From NCBI RefSeq assembly GCF_009914755.1, contig NC_060945.1: DNA of 64,000 nt, one strand, 5' to 3'. This document shows positions 14,420-26,483 of this stretch, piece after piece. The notes under the pieces are model-generated. The model saw only the letters and a list, made by a program, of their open reading frames with translations. It did no database searches and was not told the DNA's origin. This stretch comes from the human T2T-CHM13v2.0 reference genome, Homo sapiens. Both the position numbers and the translations under genes were made by a program. Each line of letters begins with the position of its first letter. Position 1 is the stretch's first letter.

Positions 14420-14930
14420 TACAAGAAACATGATTAGAACTCAATATATTGACATGTTCACCAAAAGTTCATGGCAGCACATTTCATACTAGCCCCAAAT
14501 GGGAAACAATCCAAATGATATAATGGATATATTGTCATTTGTTCAGTGGGATACCACACGGCAAAGAAAAGGAATGAACCAGCATCACATACACCAACGT
14601 GGGTGAATCCCACAAACGTGGTTCAGAGTGGAAACCAAACAGAGAGAATAAAATGTGTTTACATAAAGTCCCCAAACAGGCAAAACTAATCAATGGTATT
14701 GGAAGTCTTGACTATGGTCATTGTCCCTAATCTGTGAGAGGAAGTGAGTTGGAGGAACTTGCAGGGACGAGGTGGGGAGCAGGGCTTCTGGGCTGCTGAC
14801 CACGTTCCATGATGTGATCTGGGCAGTTACCCACGTGTGATTGCTTAGTAAGAATATATCAGTTTGTGTGCTTACAACTTGTGAACTTTTCTGCATGTGA
14901 CTTATGAATAAAAAAGTCTGAAATAAAACC
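14420..14930 (+). mobile_element. L1ME-type 3' fragment
   Basis: Degenerate L1M 3' end ending in AATAAAAAAG. Confidence 0.65.
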
Positions 14931-15481
14931 AATACTCTGGAGGGAAAAATACCATAAGGAATGAGGAGTGCCTGGGAAAAGCTCCCTGTGAACTACTCAG
15001 ACATTCGCTAAGGAGAAAGCAAATGCAAGTTGGATGGGATAGTGGCTAAACGGAACTCATAGGGGAGAAATTATTGGCATTGAGAGGATGAGTTCTTTCT
15101 CTGGACTCCCTTGGAGCTTTGATATTGGCCTGTCATTAGAATTTGGGTGGCAAGCCTGCCTTATGATAAAGACTGAAGTTCTTCAAAGGATCTCCATATA
15201 ACTCAGCCTTTTGCTAAACTTCTAAAAAATGAACAATTAATCAGTTCATCAACTCTCAGAGATTGTAAAAGCCAAAATGATTTAGATAAAGCAGGAAAAT
15301 CAGAGCAGAGGAGACAGTTATGGCATATGAGAAACCTGTTCACTACTCAAGTTGGCCCTGACATCAGGCCAGGAATACAGAGCAAGGTTCGCCATTGTTC
15401 TGCCCACCAAATGCTCTTTTCTAGTCCTAATGCAAAATGATGGTCTCTACTTAGACCTGAGGCACAAAGAAAACATTTCAG

Positions 15482-15777
15482 GGCTGGGCAGTGGCTCATG
15501 CCTGTAATCTAGAACTTTGGGAGGCTGAGATGGGTGGATTGCTTGAGCCCAGGAGTTCGAGACCAGCAATGGGTCACATGGAAAAATCCCATCTCTACAA
15601 AAAAAATACAAAAATTAGCCAGGCGGGTTGGCACGCATCTGTAGTCTCAGCTGCTTGGAGGGCTGAGGTGGGAGGGTCACTTGAGCCCAGGAGGTCGAGG
15701 CTGCAGTGAGCTGTGATTGTGCTACTGTACTCCGGCCTGGGTAACAGAGCAAGACCCAGTCTCAAACAAACAAACAG
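15482..15777 (+). mobile_element. AluJ, full length
   Basis: Both arms carry TTGAGCCCAGGAG (J diagnostic); (AAAC)n tail; TSD-like ATTTCAG. Confidence 0.93.
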
Positions 15778-15929
15778 AATATTTCAGAAGGGTCTTCTAC
15801 TCCCTATGCAAACTGCTAAGCCAGCAAGTCCCACAGGGGTACAGATGGAAGGGGCCTTTGCTAATCCCTGAGGGAAATGTCAGCTGGGGTTTTTCTTACA
15901 AAGTTAGCATATACTGGGGAGCTTGGAAA

Positions 15930-16240
15930 CAAGAGAAACGTGTTTCTCACAGTTCTGGAGGATGGAAGTCCGAGATCAGGATGCTGGCATGGTCAGGTTC
16001 TGATGAGGGATTTCTTCCAGGTTGCAGACTATCACCTTCTTGCTGTAGCTTCTCATGGTGGAAGGGGCAAGGCAGCTTTCTGGGGGTCCCCTTTATATGG
16101 CGCTAATCCCATGCATGAGGGTTTGACCCTCATATCCTAGTTACCTCCCATAGGCCCCACCTCCTAATACCATCAACTTGGGGACTAGGTTTTAGCATCT
16201 GAATTACCGGGGAGAGCACACAAACATTCAGACCTCAACA
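15930..16240 (-). mobile_element. MLT1A-type LTR
   Basis: CTCACAGTTCTGGAG...AAGTCCGAGATCAGG MaLR motifs. Confidence 0.75.
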
Positions 16241-16495
16241 GGAGGCGAGCCTCTTGGCCCCCCTGCTAGCATCCATCTGCAGCTGGGCACCCTGTCTGGT
16301 TCTCCAACGTCACTTGTACAAAATAGCGCACTCCTTCCCTCCAGCAGCTGCTCCTCTTCTTCCTCAGACCCCCCGCCTCAAATCAGGGAATCCTCAAGAT
16401 TCATGGAATTGACCACTGGGTTGCATTGTCAGCTCCTATCTCCCTGTCCTCCACCCAATTAGTCACCAGACTCACCCCTCGCCTCATCTCAGGAA

Positions 16496-16652
16496 TAGTG
16501 GTTCTCATCCTCAGCCCATGCTCAAGCCCCTGGAGAGCTTTGGAGTCACAGACACCAGAGACTCTGTTCTGGGGGGTGTAGCATGGGCCTTCATACCTTA
16601 GACGTCCTCCAGGTGATTCTGATGTGCAGCCCAGGCTGAGAACCTCCACTCT
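16496..16652. mobile_element. MER5A-type MITE
   Basis: AGTGGTTCTCA...CCAGGTGATTCTGATGTGCAGCCCAGGCTGAGAACC. Confidence 0.75.
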
Positions 16653-17066
16653 GCAATCAGCCTCTTTCCCTGCACTGCTGGGCTGATGGTCCTCATTTCC
16701 TCCCTCATTCTCTCTCCTCCACACTACAGTTTCCTAACTGATCTGCATATGTCCAGTCTCCCTATTCTTGTTCGCTTGTCCTGACCTGTTGATATCCTAA
16801 TTTAAACTCTAACCCTGATGTTCAAAACTTTCCAAAGGTCAGTTTCTGCCCACCTTCTCAACCTCCCCTTGCTCTGCCCACCCCATGCACCCACACCTGT
16901 AGGTACACAGGTCTGATCCCCTTTCATCAACCTGCTGCACCTTCCTGTTGAAGCTCTCCTCTGTCGACACCCAGTCGGATCTCCACACCTCTGGGAAAGC
17001 TTCCTGGATCATTCAATTATGTAACAAATCTCTTCCTTCTCCACTTCCTTACAGCATGTGTTAAAA

Positions 17067-17221
<155 letters not shown>

Positions 17222-17405
17222 TAATGTCCAGGAAATACAGTCTGCCCTGCGTTCCGTATATTTATGGATTTGGGCCCCATCCACTGCATATGATAAACGA
17301 CCTTGCCTCCTCTGAATCTAGAATGGCAATGAAATTCCACTCATGGGAGAATTGAGAAGTAGCTGCTCAAATAATTTCTTTATTCTGTAGTTCAGATGAA
17401 GAACC

Positions 17406-17595
17406 TTTTTTTTTTTTTTTTTTTTAATGGAGTCTCCCTCCGTTACCCCGGCTGGAGTGCACCGCCGCCATCTAGGCTCACTGCAACCTCCGCCTCCTGG
17501 GTTCAAACAATTCTCCTACTTCAGCCTCCCATGTAGCTGGGATTACAGATGCATGCCACCACGCAGGGATAATTTTTGTATTTTTAGAAGAGATG
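17406..17595 (-). mobile_element. 5'-truncated AluS (right arm and linker)
   Basis: Poly(T), right arm, ends just past the TAATTTTTGTATTTTTAG linker. Confidence 0.9.
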
Positions 17596-18378
17596 GAAGT
17601 CTTTCTTTATTGTGGATGTCCTGTGACTTTGAAATAAATGAAATAGTCTATTCTGAACCTGAATTCTAGAGGCAATGGGATTTGAATCAGTGTTGGAACA
17701 TTCTTTCCATACCCTTTTCCCCTTTTGTTACTCCACTCTAAAGACTACCAGGTAAAAATATTCCATTTCACCAGCTCCTTTGCAGCTAAAGGGCTCTTCA
17801 CACAATTCTGGCTGATGAGATATAGGCAGAAGTCCCTGGGGGAGGATTCTCCTGTGCTTTTCCTCTTCTGTCTTCCTGAAATGTAGATGTAATAGCTGGA
17901 GGAGCAGCAGTCATCTTTTCGCCTTTAGAATCACATGACGATGATGATGATGAAGCTGAAGACAGTAAACACCTTATGAGCAGCTTTGTTGGCTTTGGAC
18001 TTTTACCCTTAAACTCGATGTTATGTGAGAAAATTAACCTTGTTACTTGTTGAAGCTATCCTTTGTCAAGTTTTCTGTTTTTGCAAAAAAAAAAAGAAAG
18101 AAAAAAAAGAAAAGAAAAAAGCCTTATATCTTTATATCTCCATACTCTCTCACACACTTGGGAGAGTGTTCTTAAACTAGTCTGCTTTAAGTTCATGCAT
18201 TAGAAACAAAGGTGCACTCTTAACAGCAATAAGATAATTAACAAGTCTTTTATTTCCTGCAGCTCATTTTCCTTTTACCTCTTATAAATCTCTTGCACTC
18301 ATTAAAAGAACCTGCTGAGAACTTATTATCAGCTGAGCTCTGGACATAGCATAGTGAGCTGGCCACACAGCATCACTG

Positions 18379-18558
18379 GCAGTGGTATGCTGATAAATGC
18401 TTGAGGGTAAGGAGACCTGGTTTGAGCATTTGTCAATTTCTGTGATGTAAACACTCCCACCATGGTTGAGCCTCCAACAGAGACCTCGCTGAAGGGAGAT
18501 TTAGGAAGAGATGTTCTCAATTGGTTCTTGGGAGTCCTGGGAGCCGGCTGCACTACCC
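18379..18558. mobile_element. MER63-like hAT fragment
   Basis: Starts CAGTGGTATGCTGATAAATG and ends GAGCCGGCTGCACTACC. Confidence 0.55.
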
Positions 18559-18640
18559 TCTGAAGACAGTGCCCCAAGAGAGCAGACCAGGGCCCTTGCT
18601 AAAATCATTTTCTTAAGGGTAAGCCTTAGAGTATAGCTTA

Positions 18641-19488
18641 TCTATTGTATGTTGCCTTTGGCTCTTAACCATTCTCCTTGGGATCTTGATTACACTATTA
18701 ATTTGCTTAGCAAACACTTCCCTCAGAGTATAACAAAATATACTGTGAGATAAAAGTCTTCTGATGGCTACATGCATCTCCAGGGCAAATAGCTAGGAAG
18801 GTGAGCAGGTTTGGTCATAGGTCAGTGACTTTTCTTTCCTTTGAATTCCCCAAAAGTCTTGGCAAGAGCTCCATAGCTTTCCCATTTTCTTTTTTTGTGT
18901 GTGTGTAATGCAGGTTATGAGACATACCATCCTCACTCTAATTTATATTTTGGGGGGAATTTAATAGATCCATTTTCTTTTTCATAGAGTTATGTTTGAT
19001 CATCAATCCAGGATCATCAATCCTGGGCTGATCTGGTGTGTTCAGAATTAAGATGAATTATTTCTACCATTAATCAGCTATTAATAATATAACATTTCCT
19101 TTTGCTGAAGTTTGTATAAAGAATTCTCTTACCAGGGAGCATCTGAGCCATAAGAAGCCTGCCACTCAGTGTTGCCAAAGGCAGACTTTTAGTGATGCTA
19201 ACTAGGGTGCCTCCCCTCTGTGGGTCTTCACCTTCCCCAATCCCACCCACCTGCTTGATATCTTAGAACTTGCCTATCCTCATGGGTTGACCTGGTGAGA
19301 GCCTGATTATGCTCACATAAAGTCACAACTTCACTAATTAGGCCCCAATAACTAGAGATTTGTTATACCTCAATGTGTTTAGCTCACGCTTTTTGTTATA
19401 CTCTGAGGGAAGTGTTTGCTAAGCAAATTAATAGTGTAATCAAGATCCCAGGGAGAATGCTTAAGAGCCAAAGGCAACATACAATAGA
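18641..19488. repeat. 98-bp inverted repeat (arms 18641-18738 and 19391-19488), 96/98 identical, 652-bp spacer
   Basis: Aligned by eye: TCTATTGTATGTTGCC...GAGTATAACAAAA against its reverse complement, 2 mismatches. Confidence 0.95.
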
Positions 19489-19625
19489 ATATAACATACA
19501 ATAGAATATAATTGATCATTTAGATAAATAGCATAGGATCTTTCCTGAGAAACATCTTTTTAGGCAAATAATCTCAGATATTTGATAGACCTAGAAATCA
19601 TAAAGACCTTCTTTGGTTTGAGTTT

Positions 19626-20003
19626 TGATATAGGTTGGATTTGTGTCCCTGCCCAAATATCATGTCAAATTGTAATCTCCAGTGTCGGAGGGGAGCCTGG
19701 TGGGAGGTGATTGGATCATGGGAGCAGAGTTCCCCCTTGCTGTTCTCATTGATAGTGAGTGTGTTCTCACAAAATCTGGCTGTTTAAAAGTATGTAGCAC
19801 CTCCCCATTTGCTCTCTTCCTCCTGCCATGTAAGATGTGCCTGCTTACCCTTTGACTTCTGCCATGGTTGCAAGTTTCCTGAGGCCTCCTAAGCCATGCT
19901 TCCTGTACAGCCTGTGGAACTGTGAGCCAATCAAACCTCTTTTCTTTATAAATTACCCAGTTTCAAGTATTTCTTTATAGTATTGTGAGAACAGACTAAT
20001 ACA
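19626..20003 (+). mobile_element. MSTA-type LTR
   Basis: TGATATAGGTTGGATTTGTGTCCC...AGACTAATACA termini. Confidence 0.9.
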
Positions 20004-20375
20004 AATGTGCTCCCCCAAAGTTTATGTGTTAGAAACTTAACCCCCAACTGCAAAGTGTTGGGAGATGGAGCCTAATAAGAGGTGATTAGGTCCTGAGGGA
20101 TCTGCCCTCATGAGTGGATTAATGTTGTTATCATGAGAGTGGTTAGTTATTGTGAAAGTGGGTTGTTATAAAAGCAAGTTTGGCCCCCTTCCCCCTCTTG
20201 CTCTCTTGCTCTCACCCTCTCTTGCCCTTCTGTGTCCCACCATGGGATGACACAGCACAAAGGCCCATACCAGATGATATTGCCATGTTTTTGGACTTCC
20301 CAGCCTCCAGAACCATAAGCCAAATACATTATTTTCCAGGAATTATTATCTTTATTCGACATTTTTTGTTTCAAT

Positions 20376-21080
20376 TTTCTTTTTTTTCTTTTTTATTATA
20401 CTTTAAGTTCTGAGATACATGTGCAGAACATGCAGGTTTGTTACATAGGTATACATGTGCCATGGTGGTTTGCCGCACCCATCAACCCGTCATCTCCATT
20501 AGGTATTTCTCCTAATGCTATCCCTCCCCTTGCCCTCCATCACCCGACAGGCCCCAGTGTGTGATGTTCCCTCCCTGTGCCCGTATGTTCTCATTGTTCA
20601 ACTCCCACTTATGAGTGAGAACATGTGGTGTTTGGTTTTCTGTTCCTGTGTTAGTTTGCTGAGAATGATGGTTTCCAGCTTCATCCATGTCCCTGCAAAG
20701 GACATGAACTCATTCTTTCTTATAGCTGCATAGTATTCCATGGTGAATATGTGACACATTTTCTTTATCCAGTCTATCCTTGCTTGGCATTTGGATTGGT
20801 TCTAAGTCTTTGCTATTGTGAGTAGTGCTGCAATAAACATATGTGTGCATGTGTCTTTATAGTAGAATGATTTATAATCCTTTGGGTATATACCCAGTAA
20901 TGGGATTGCTGGGTCAAATGGTATTTCTGGTTCTAGATCCTTGAGGAATCGCCACACTGTCTTCCACAATGGTTGAACTAATTTACACTCCCACCAACAG
21001 TGTAAAATTGTTCCTATTTCTCCACATCCTCTCTAGCATCTTTTGTTCCTGACTTTTTAATTATTGCCATTCTAACTGGG
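20376..21080 (-). mobile_element. L1PA7/8-like 3' end
   Basis: T-rich tail then TTATTATACTTTAAGTTCTGAGATACATGTGCAGAAC... Confidence 0.93.
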
Positions 21081-21648
21081 TGCTGAACCTACCACAGCGC
21101 AGCAAAGCCACTGTAGCCAGACTGCCTCTCTAGATTCCTCGTCTCTGGGCACGGCATCTCTGAAAGAAAGGCAGCAGTCCCTACCTGGGGAAGGGGCAGC
21201 TGTGGGCGTAGCTTCAGCAGATTTAAATGTTCCTGCCTGCTGGCTCTGAAGAGAGCAGCAGATCTCCCAGCACAGAGCTCGAGTTCTGCCAAGGGACAGA
21301 CTGCCTCCTCAAGTGGGTCTCAGAGCCTTGTGCCTCCTGACACCTCCCAGCAGTCGTCGACAGACACATACAGGACAGCTCTGGCTGGCATCTGGCGAGT
21401 GCCCCTCTGGGACAAAGCTTCCAGAGGAAGGAGCAGGCAGCAATCTTTGCTGTTCTGCAACCTCCTCTGGTGATACCCAGGCAAACAGGGTCTGGGGTGG
21501 ACCTCCAGCAAACTCCAGCAGACCTGCAGAAGAGGGGCCTGACTGTTAGACGGAAACAGAAAGCAATAGGATCAACATCAGCATAAAGGGTGCCCAGGCA
21601 AAAACCCCATCAGAAGGTCACCAACATCAAAGACCAAAGGTAGATAAA
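21081..21648 (+). mobile_element. L1PA7/8-like 5'UTR segment, inverted relative to the adjacent 3' end
   Basis: GCCAGACTGCCTCTCTAGATTCC...GGGTCTGGGGTGGACCTCCAGCAAACTCC...CAAAGACCAAAGGTAGATAAA, stopping just before the ORF1 ATG. Confidence 0.9.
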
Positions 21649-22860
21649 CTTCTGTTCATCAAAAATTACCCTGTCTCAGGTATTCTGTTAGAGCAGCAGA
21701 AAATCAATTCTAACAAAGCTAGACTTCTTTTCGGATTATTCTATAATCCGGATTGGTGTGACTTCACCCGAAATTGTGTGAATGAGAACTATGAGTATAC
21801 TTCAAAGGATTTTTCAGATGCAGAATTATATTTTATAAAGATTTTATTAGTTTTTAAGTCTTAAACAAGATATATAATCTTTTCAGATGATTCCAACTTA
21901 AATATGGGTGACTTGCTAATCAATTCACTTCTGTTGTTTAGTTTTCTTAAATTTAAAAATAGCATTTATCTGCCCACATAAAGACTTGACCATATGTGTT
22001 CATAGCAGTTTTTATTTACAGTTATCCAAATCGGAAACAATTTAAATGTCCATCCACAGAAAAATAAAGTTTTATTATGTTCACCCAATGAAATGCTGCT
22101 TACCAATGCAAAATGAACAAACTAATGATACAAGCAACGTGGATAAATCTCAAAAATATTATGCTAACCAAAAGAAGCCAGATATAAAAGTATCCATGCT
22201 ATATAATTTCATTAATAAGAATCCTAGAAAAGTTTAATCTTACCCTACAGTGGAGTGGGAAGAGGACAGGGTCCCAAGCAGATGCCCAGGAAGCAAAAAA
22301 AAAAAAAAAAAAAAGGCTCTATTAAACTAGACACATTTTGATGTGCAGTTCCAGACCTTGGTGCCTACCCTGATATCACATGAAATGCTGAAATGCTGTG
22401 CATGTGCATGGAGGTATGAGCAGTGATATTCTAAAGCATTATTTTTAATGATAAAAACAGGTTTTAAATGTCCATCAGTAGGGGAAGACTAAATACCCCA
22501 GATATTGTACATCTGTGTTGTGGAGCCCTCTGCAGTATTTACAAAGAATTAGATGGAATGCCCTTGGGAGAAAAAAAATGTAAGTTGTAATAAAGCTCTA
22601 TATTTTATAAATTTATCTAAATGTGGAGGGAATGGTCTGAAGAGAATCATACCATGTGATTATTTTAAGTGACCCTGTAAGGAAGGGACAACGATTTGGG
22701 GCAGGAGTCGGGGGGTCAAATGTCTTCTTTTGTTAAGACACAGCTATTATGAATACTGCTGTGATGAAAATACAAATGCATGATGTCTTTTTGGTATAAC
22801 GGTTTATTTTCCCATTGGGTACAGATGGACATAAAGATGGCAACGTTTGATACTGAGGAC

Positions 22861-24190
22861 TGTAACCACCTGATGGGATCTTCCTGCCTGCTGCATAAAG
22901 AAATGTTAGCAGCAGTGAATCTGTATGGTTCTGCAGCCACTTCAGTTCTTGACTCCTCAGAAGAAAGAATTTGACTGAGGGGCATAAGGCAGAGGGAGAG
23001 ACCAAGGCAAGTTTTTTAGAGCAGGAATGAAAGCTCATTAAACAGTTTTAGAGCAGGAATGAAAGGAAGTCAAGTACACTTGGAAGACAGGCAAACAGGT
23101 CACTTGAGAGGTCAAGTGCACTGTTTGACTTTTGACTTGGGGTTTTATACCTTGGCATGCTTCCAGGGTGTTGTGTCCCTTCTCCCCTAGTTCTTCACTT
23201 GGGGTGTGCTGTCCACATGAGCAGTGGTCTCCCAGCCCTTGGGAGGGGCTGTATTTGCAGTGTGTTTACTGAAGTCGTACACATGTTCACTTGAGGCATT
23301 TTTCCCTTTGCCAGTTGAATGTTCGTAGAGGAAGGTCATATAGCAATTAAGCTCTGCCATTTTTCCTCTTATTGTGCATGCTTGAGCCCACTTGCCCAAC
23401 TCCTGAGATCTTACTGGGGAGCTGCTGATCACCAGTTTCAGGTGTTTCTGTTGGGAGACTGCCTTTCCCTGGTGCCAGTTGTGACTAATTATTATATTAT
23501 TTTAGAGAGACAGTTTAACAACCACCTAACCATCACCTGATGGTCACCTGACATTCTTGGTTGTGGGGGCCCTCTCCTGCCCTGCTCATGTGTGACTAAC
23601 TACCTACCATAAAACATCCCCCCCTTAAGAGTCCAAGATCCCAATTCTTTGGGGGAAAGATGGTTAGTCTTCTATAACTGCTTCCTGCTGACAGAGGACT
23701 GGTGGTGGTTGTTCTGTAGGTCTTGGCCTCTTGCTAGCTGTCCTCCTGCATGCTGAATCACTTATGTGTGGGGGCCACAGGAGTGGGGTTGGTGGGTCTA
23801 GGTGGTGTCATGGGTGTCAGACTTGCAAAAAATCTGAAAAGATATCTCAAAAGGCCAAGCTACAATAGTGATGTTATTTGCAGGAGTAATTGAGGAAGTT
23901 GCATAGTTTCTAACCTCTGGAATAATGGCTGGTAATCGTTTCTGTCTGTACCTTAGCAGGTCTCAGGCTCCTTTCCTCCCCACAGCCTAATGGCCTGCTA
24001 TTAGCTTTACAAAAGTGATTGAGTTCTGGGCAAGGCTTCTTATCATTTAAATGATAGCCTAAATGTCTTTCAAAGTTAGCTCAGCCCAGTAGCCCAGGAA
24101 TAATTAAGGGAAAGGCAAGATGGGTGGTGGGTTAGCTCAGCTCACTGTTATAATTGCTCTCCTGATATAATTTTTGCAAAGGCAGTTTCA
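22861..24190 (-). mobile_element. LTR8-like ERV1 solo LTR, interrupted
   Basis: Minus-strand TGAAACTGCCTTTGCAAAA...GGTTACA; 4-bp TSD GGAC at 22857-22860 and 24191-24194. Confidence 0.8.
22904..23742 (-). mobile_element. MER50-like LTR (22904-23616) with PPT and ~125 bp of internal sequence
   Basis: TG...CA termini; C-run (purine tract on minus strand) abuts the LTR at 23617-23624. Confidence 0.7.
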
Positions 24191-25992
24191 GGACTATTTA
24201 GGGGGGATGGAGGGGAGCAAGGGCTCAAAAGCAATCAGCTGCTATGCTCACTACCTGGGTGATAGGATTTGTGCCCCAAATGTCAGCATCACACAATATA
24301 CCCATATAACAAACCTGCACATGTACCCCCTGCACCTAAAATAAAAGTTGAAATTTTTTTTTTTTGAAAAGGACAGTCTTTGTCATAAACTTCCTGGGGC
24401 TCAAATCCAAGCTTTGCCTTCTACTGTGTGACTTCGTGCAAGTTATTTCATTTATTTGGGCCTTAAATTCCTCATCTCTAACATAAGGATAAAATAACAT
24501 TACCTATGTGTTATAAAACCATTGAGCAAAGTAAAAAAAAAAATAATCAGAAAGTGCTTCTAGGAGGCTTGCATAGACTAAAAACTCCACAAATGTTAGC
24601 TATTATATTGTGAGTGGTGAGCAAAAACGACTTCAGTTTTATGTAAAGTGTCTGAATTTTATACCGTGAGACTGTATTTTCAATGTATTATAAGTGTAAT
24701 TAATAATAATAATTTTAAAAATAAATAGATAAAGTAACAGAAGTAGAAATGCAGATGACTCTGTCAAGAAGTTTAAAGAAAAGAAGGGGAAGAAAGGCAG
24801 CTCAGGGAAAAGAAGTGAAACATCTCCATTTAAACATAATGTGCTTCACACGTGTTCACAAGTCTGCACTGTGGGTTTAAGTTCTAAGCTCAATACCAGC
24901 TAGTTGAGTAACATCAACCCTTAAAACTCACTGCTTTACTGATAATGCAAATGACCTGGAGAGACATAAAATAGGAGCAGAAGTTTACCTTAAAAATCAC
25001 AAATTGATGTCCATGTCTTAAGAGAAATTTATCAACATAACTAGAAAGCAGTTGAAGCCAAGAACTAAAGTGCCCTGTGAAAAAAATAAAGCATGATTTG
25101 CACAGTTCCCAGGTTCAGAATACATGGGCAAGCTAGATGGCAAGACCAGGGAAAACTCTGGTGGACACTAAATTAATTGCTGGCTGGCCACGCTTCTATG
25201 ACACCAAGAGATATATCTAAGCCCCTACCACACATCCACCTGCAGTGCCAACAGAGGATGCTGGGTGGCAGGTGGGGTTCGTAGCTAATGCTGAAATTTG
25301 CATCACTTTAAGACACCAGTGTCATCATAGCCCAGTGTCATCATAAGTGCACATTTAGAATTGAGGTGTATTCACTCCTGCATTCTAACGTAGAAAAGGT
25401 CCACTTCCCATCTGGTGTCTGTGGCCAGATGGAGGTGTAGGGTCTTAGGAAAGCAATATGTCTTGAAATATTCATAATGAAATAATGTCAATTGAAATAA
25501 ACCACATCAACAAAACCTAGTAGCTGACCCTACTCTTTGGTTTTCAGTCTTTAAAAATTCAGAAGGGAAATGCATCTAAGCAATTCCAATGCACCCAGTT
25601 TCCCCATTTACTAGTTGAGTAATGTAAAGGAAACAACTTGACTTTTCTAAGCTTATCTATTAATACAAAACAATGCAATGAGCGTTGCCAGGCCCTAAAT
25701 ATTGGGAGCACTTGCCTTGGGCCAGAAGCTCAGCATGGGGTCATGGCTTACACATGGTGAGTCCTGGCTACTCCACAGGGTGGCTGACTTCCTTCCTTGT
25801 CTCTTCCATCTACACAACCTGTGAGGAGGAAGTCACTTGACCAAATGAAAAATCTAAAACTAGGAAGCCTAAAAGTGTGGTTCAAATCTCACAGTTTACT
25901 ATGTTTATCACGTTTACTCTGGCAGAGCTCATCAGCTTGAAAACCTCGTTTCTTTACCAGGGAATCCACTCTGGGGAAGCAACAGTCCAAGA

Positions 25993-26483
25993 TGTTACTG
26001 GAAAGGAGTCCCAATCCAGATCCCAAGAGAAGGTTCTTGGATCTCGTGCAAGAAGGAATTCAGGGCGAGTCCATGCAGTAAAGTGAAAGGGGCTGCTGGT
26101 TGCCCATGTTTATGGTTATTTCTTGATGATATGCCAAACAAGGGGTGCATTATTCATGCCTCCCCATTTTAGACCATATAGGATAACTTTTTGACGTTGC
26201 CATGACATTTGTAAACTGTCATGGTGCTGATGGGAGTGTAGCAGTGAGGACGACCAGAGGTCTCTTCCGTTGCCATCTTGGTTTTGGTGGGTTTGGCCAG
26301 CTTCTTTACTGCAACCTCTTTTATCAGCAAGGTTGTTATGACCTATATCTTCTGCTGACCTCCTATGTCATCCTGTGACTAAGAATGGCTTAACCTCCGG
26401 GGAATGCAGCCCAGTAGGTCTCATCCTTATTTTACCCAGCTTCTATTCAAGATGGAGGTGCTCTGCTTCAAACTCCTCTGACA
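25993..26483 (-). mobile_element. MER41 solo LTR (MER41A-like)
   Basis: Minus strand starts TGTCAGAGGAGTTTGAAGCAGAGCACCTCCATCTTG; lacks the tandem-GAS segment of MER41B. Confidence 0.85.

Larger units (their letters stand above)
20004..21715 (+). mobile_element. MST/MLT1A-type LTR (20004-20330 and 21649-21715) split by an L1 insertion
   Basis: CTTCCCAGCCTCCAGAAC before the L1; CTTCTGTTC...AATTACCCTGTCTCAGGTATTCTGTTA after it. Confidence 0.8.
22740..24355 (+). mobile_element. L1PB-type 3' end with a short 5' inversion, interrupted by LTRs
   Basis: Antisense piece ~22740-22815; sense pieces 22818-22860 and 24191-24355 (AACCTGCACATGTACCCC...AATAAAAGTTG). Confidence 0.7.

Noticed and set aside
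18641-19488. Novel DNA transposon with 98-bp TIRs
   Set aside because: No TSD, no typical TIR terminus and no transposase; near identity of the arms is too young for primate DNA transposon activity
25993-26483. MER41 interferon-inducible STAT1 enhancer
   Set aside because: The segment carrying the tandem TTCNNNGAA GAS sites of MER41B is absent (GGGGAGG joins CATGAATAAT)
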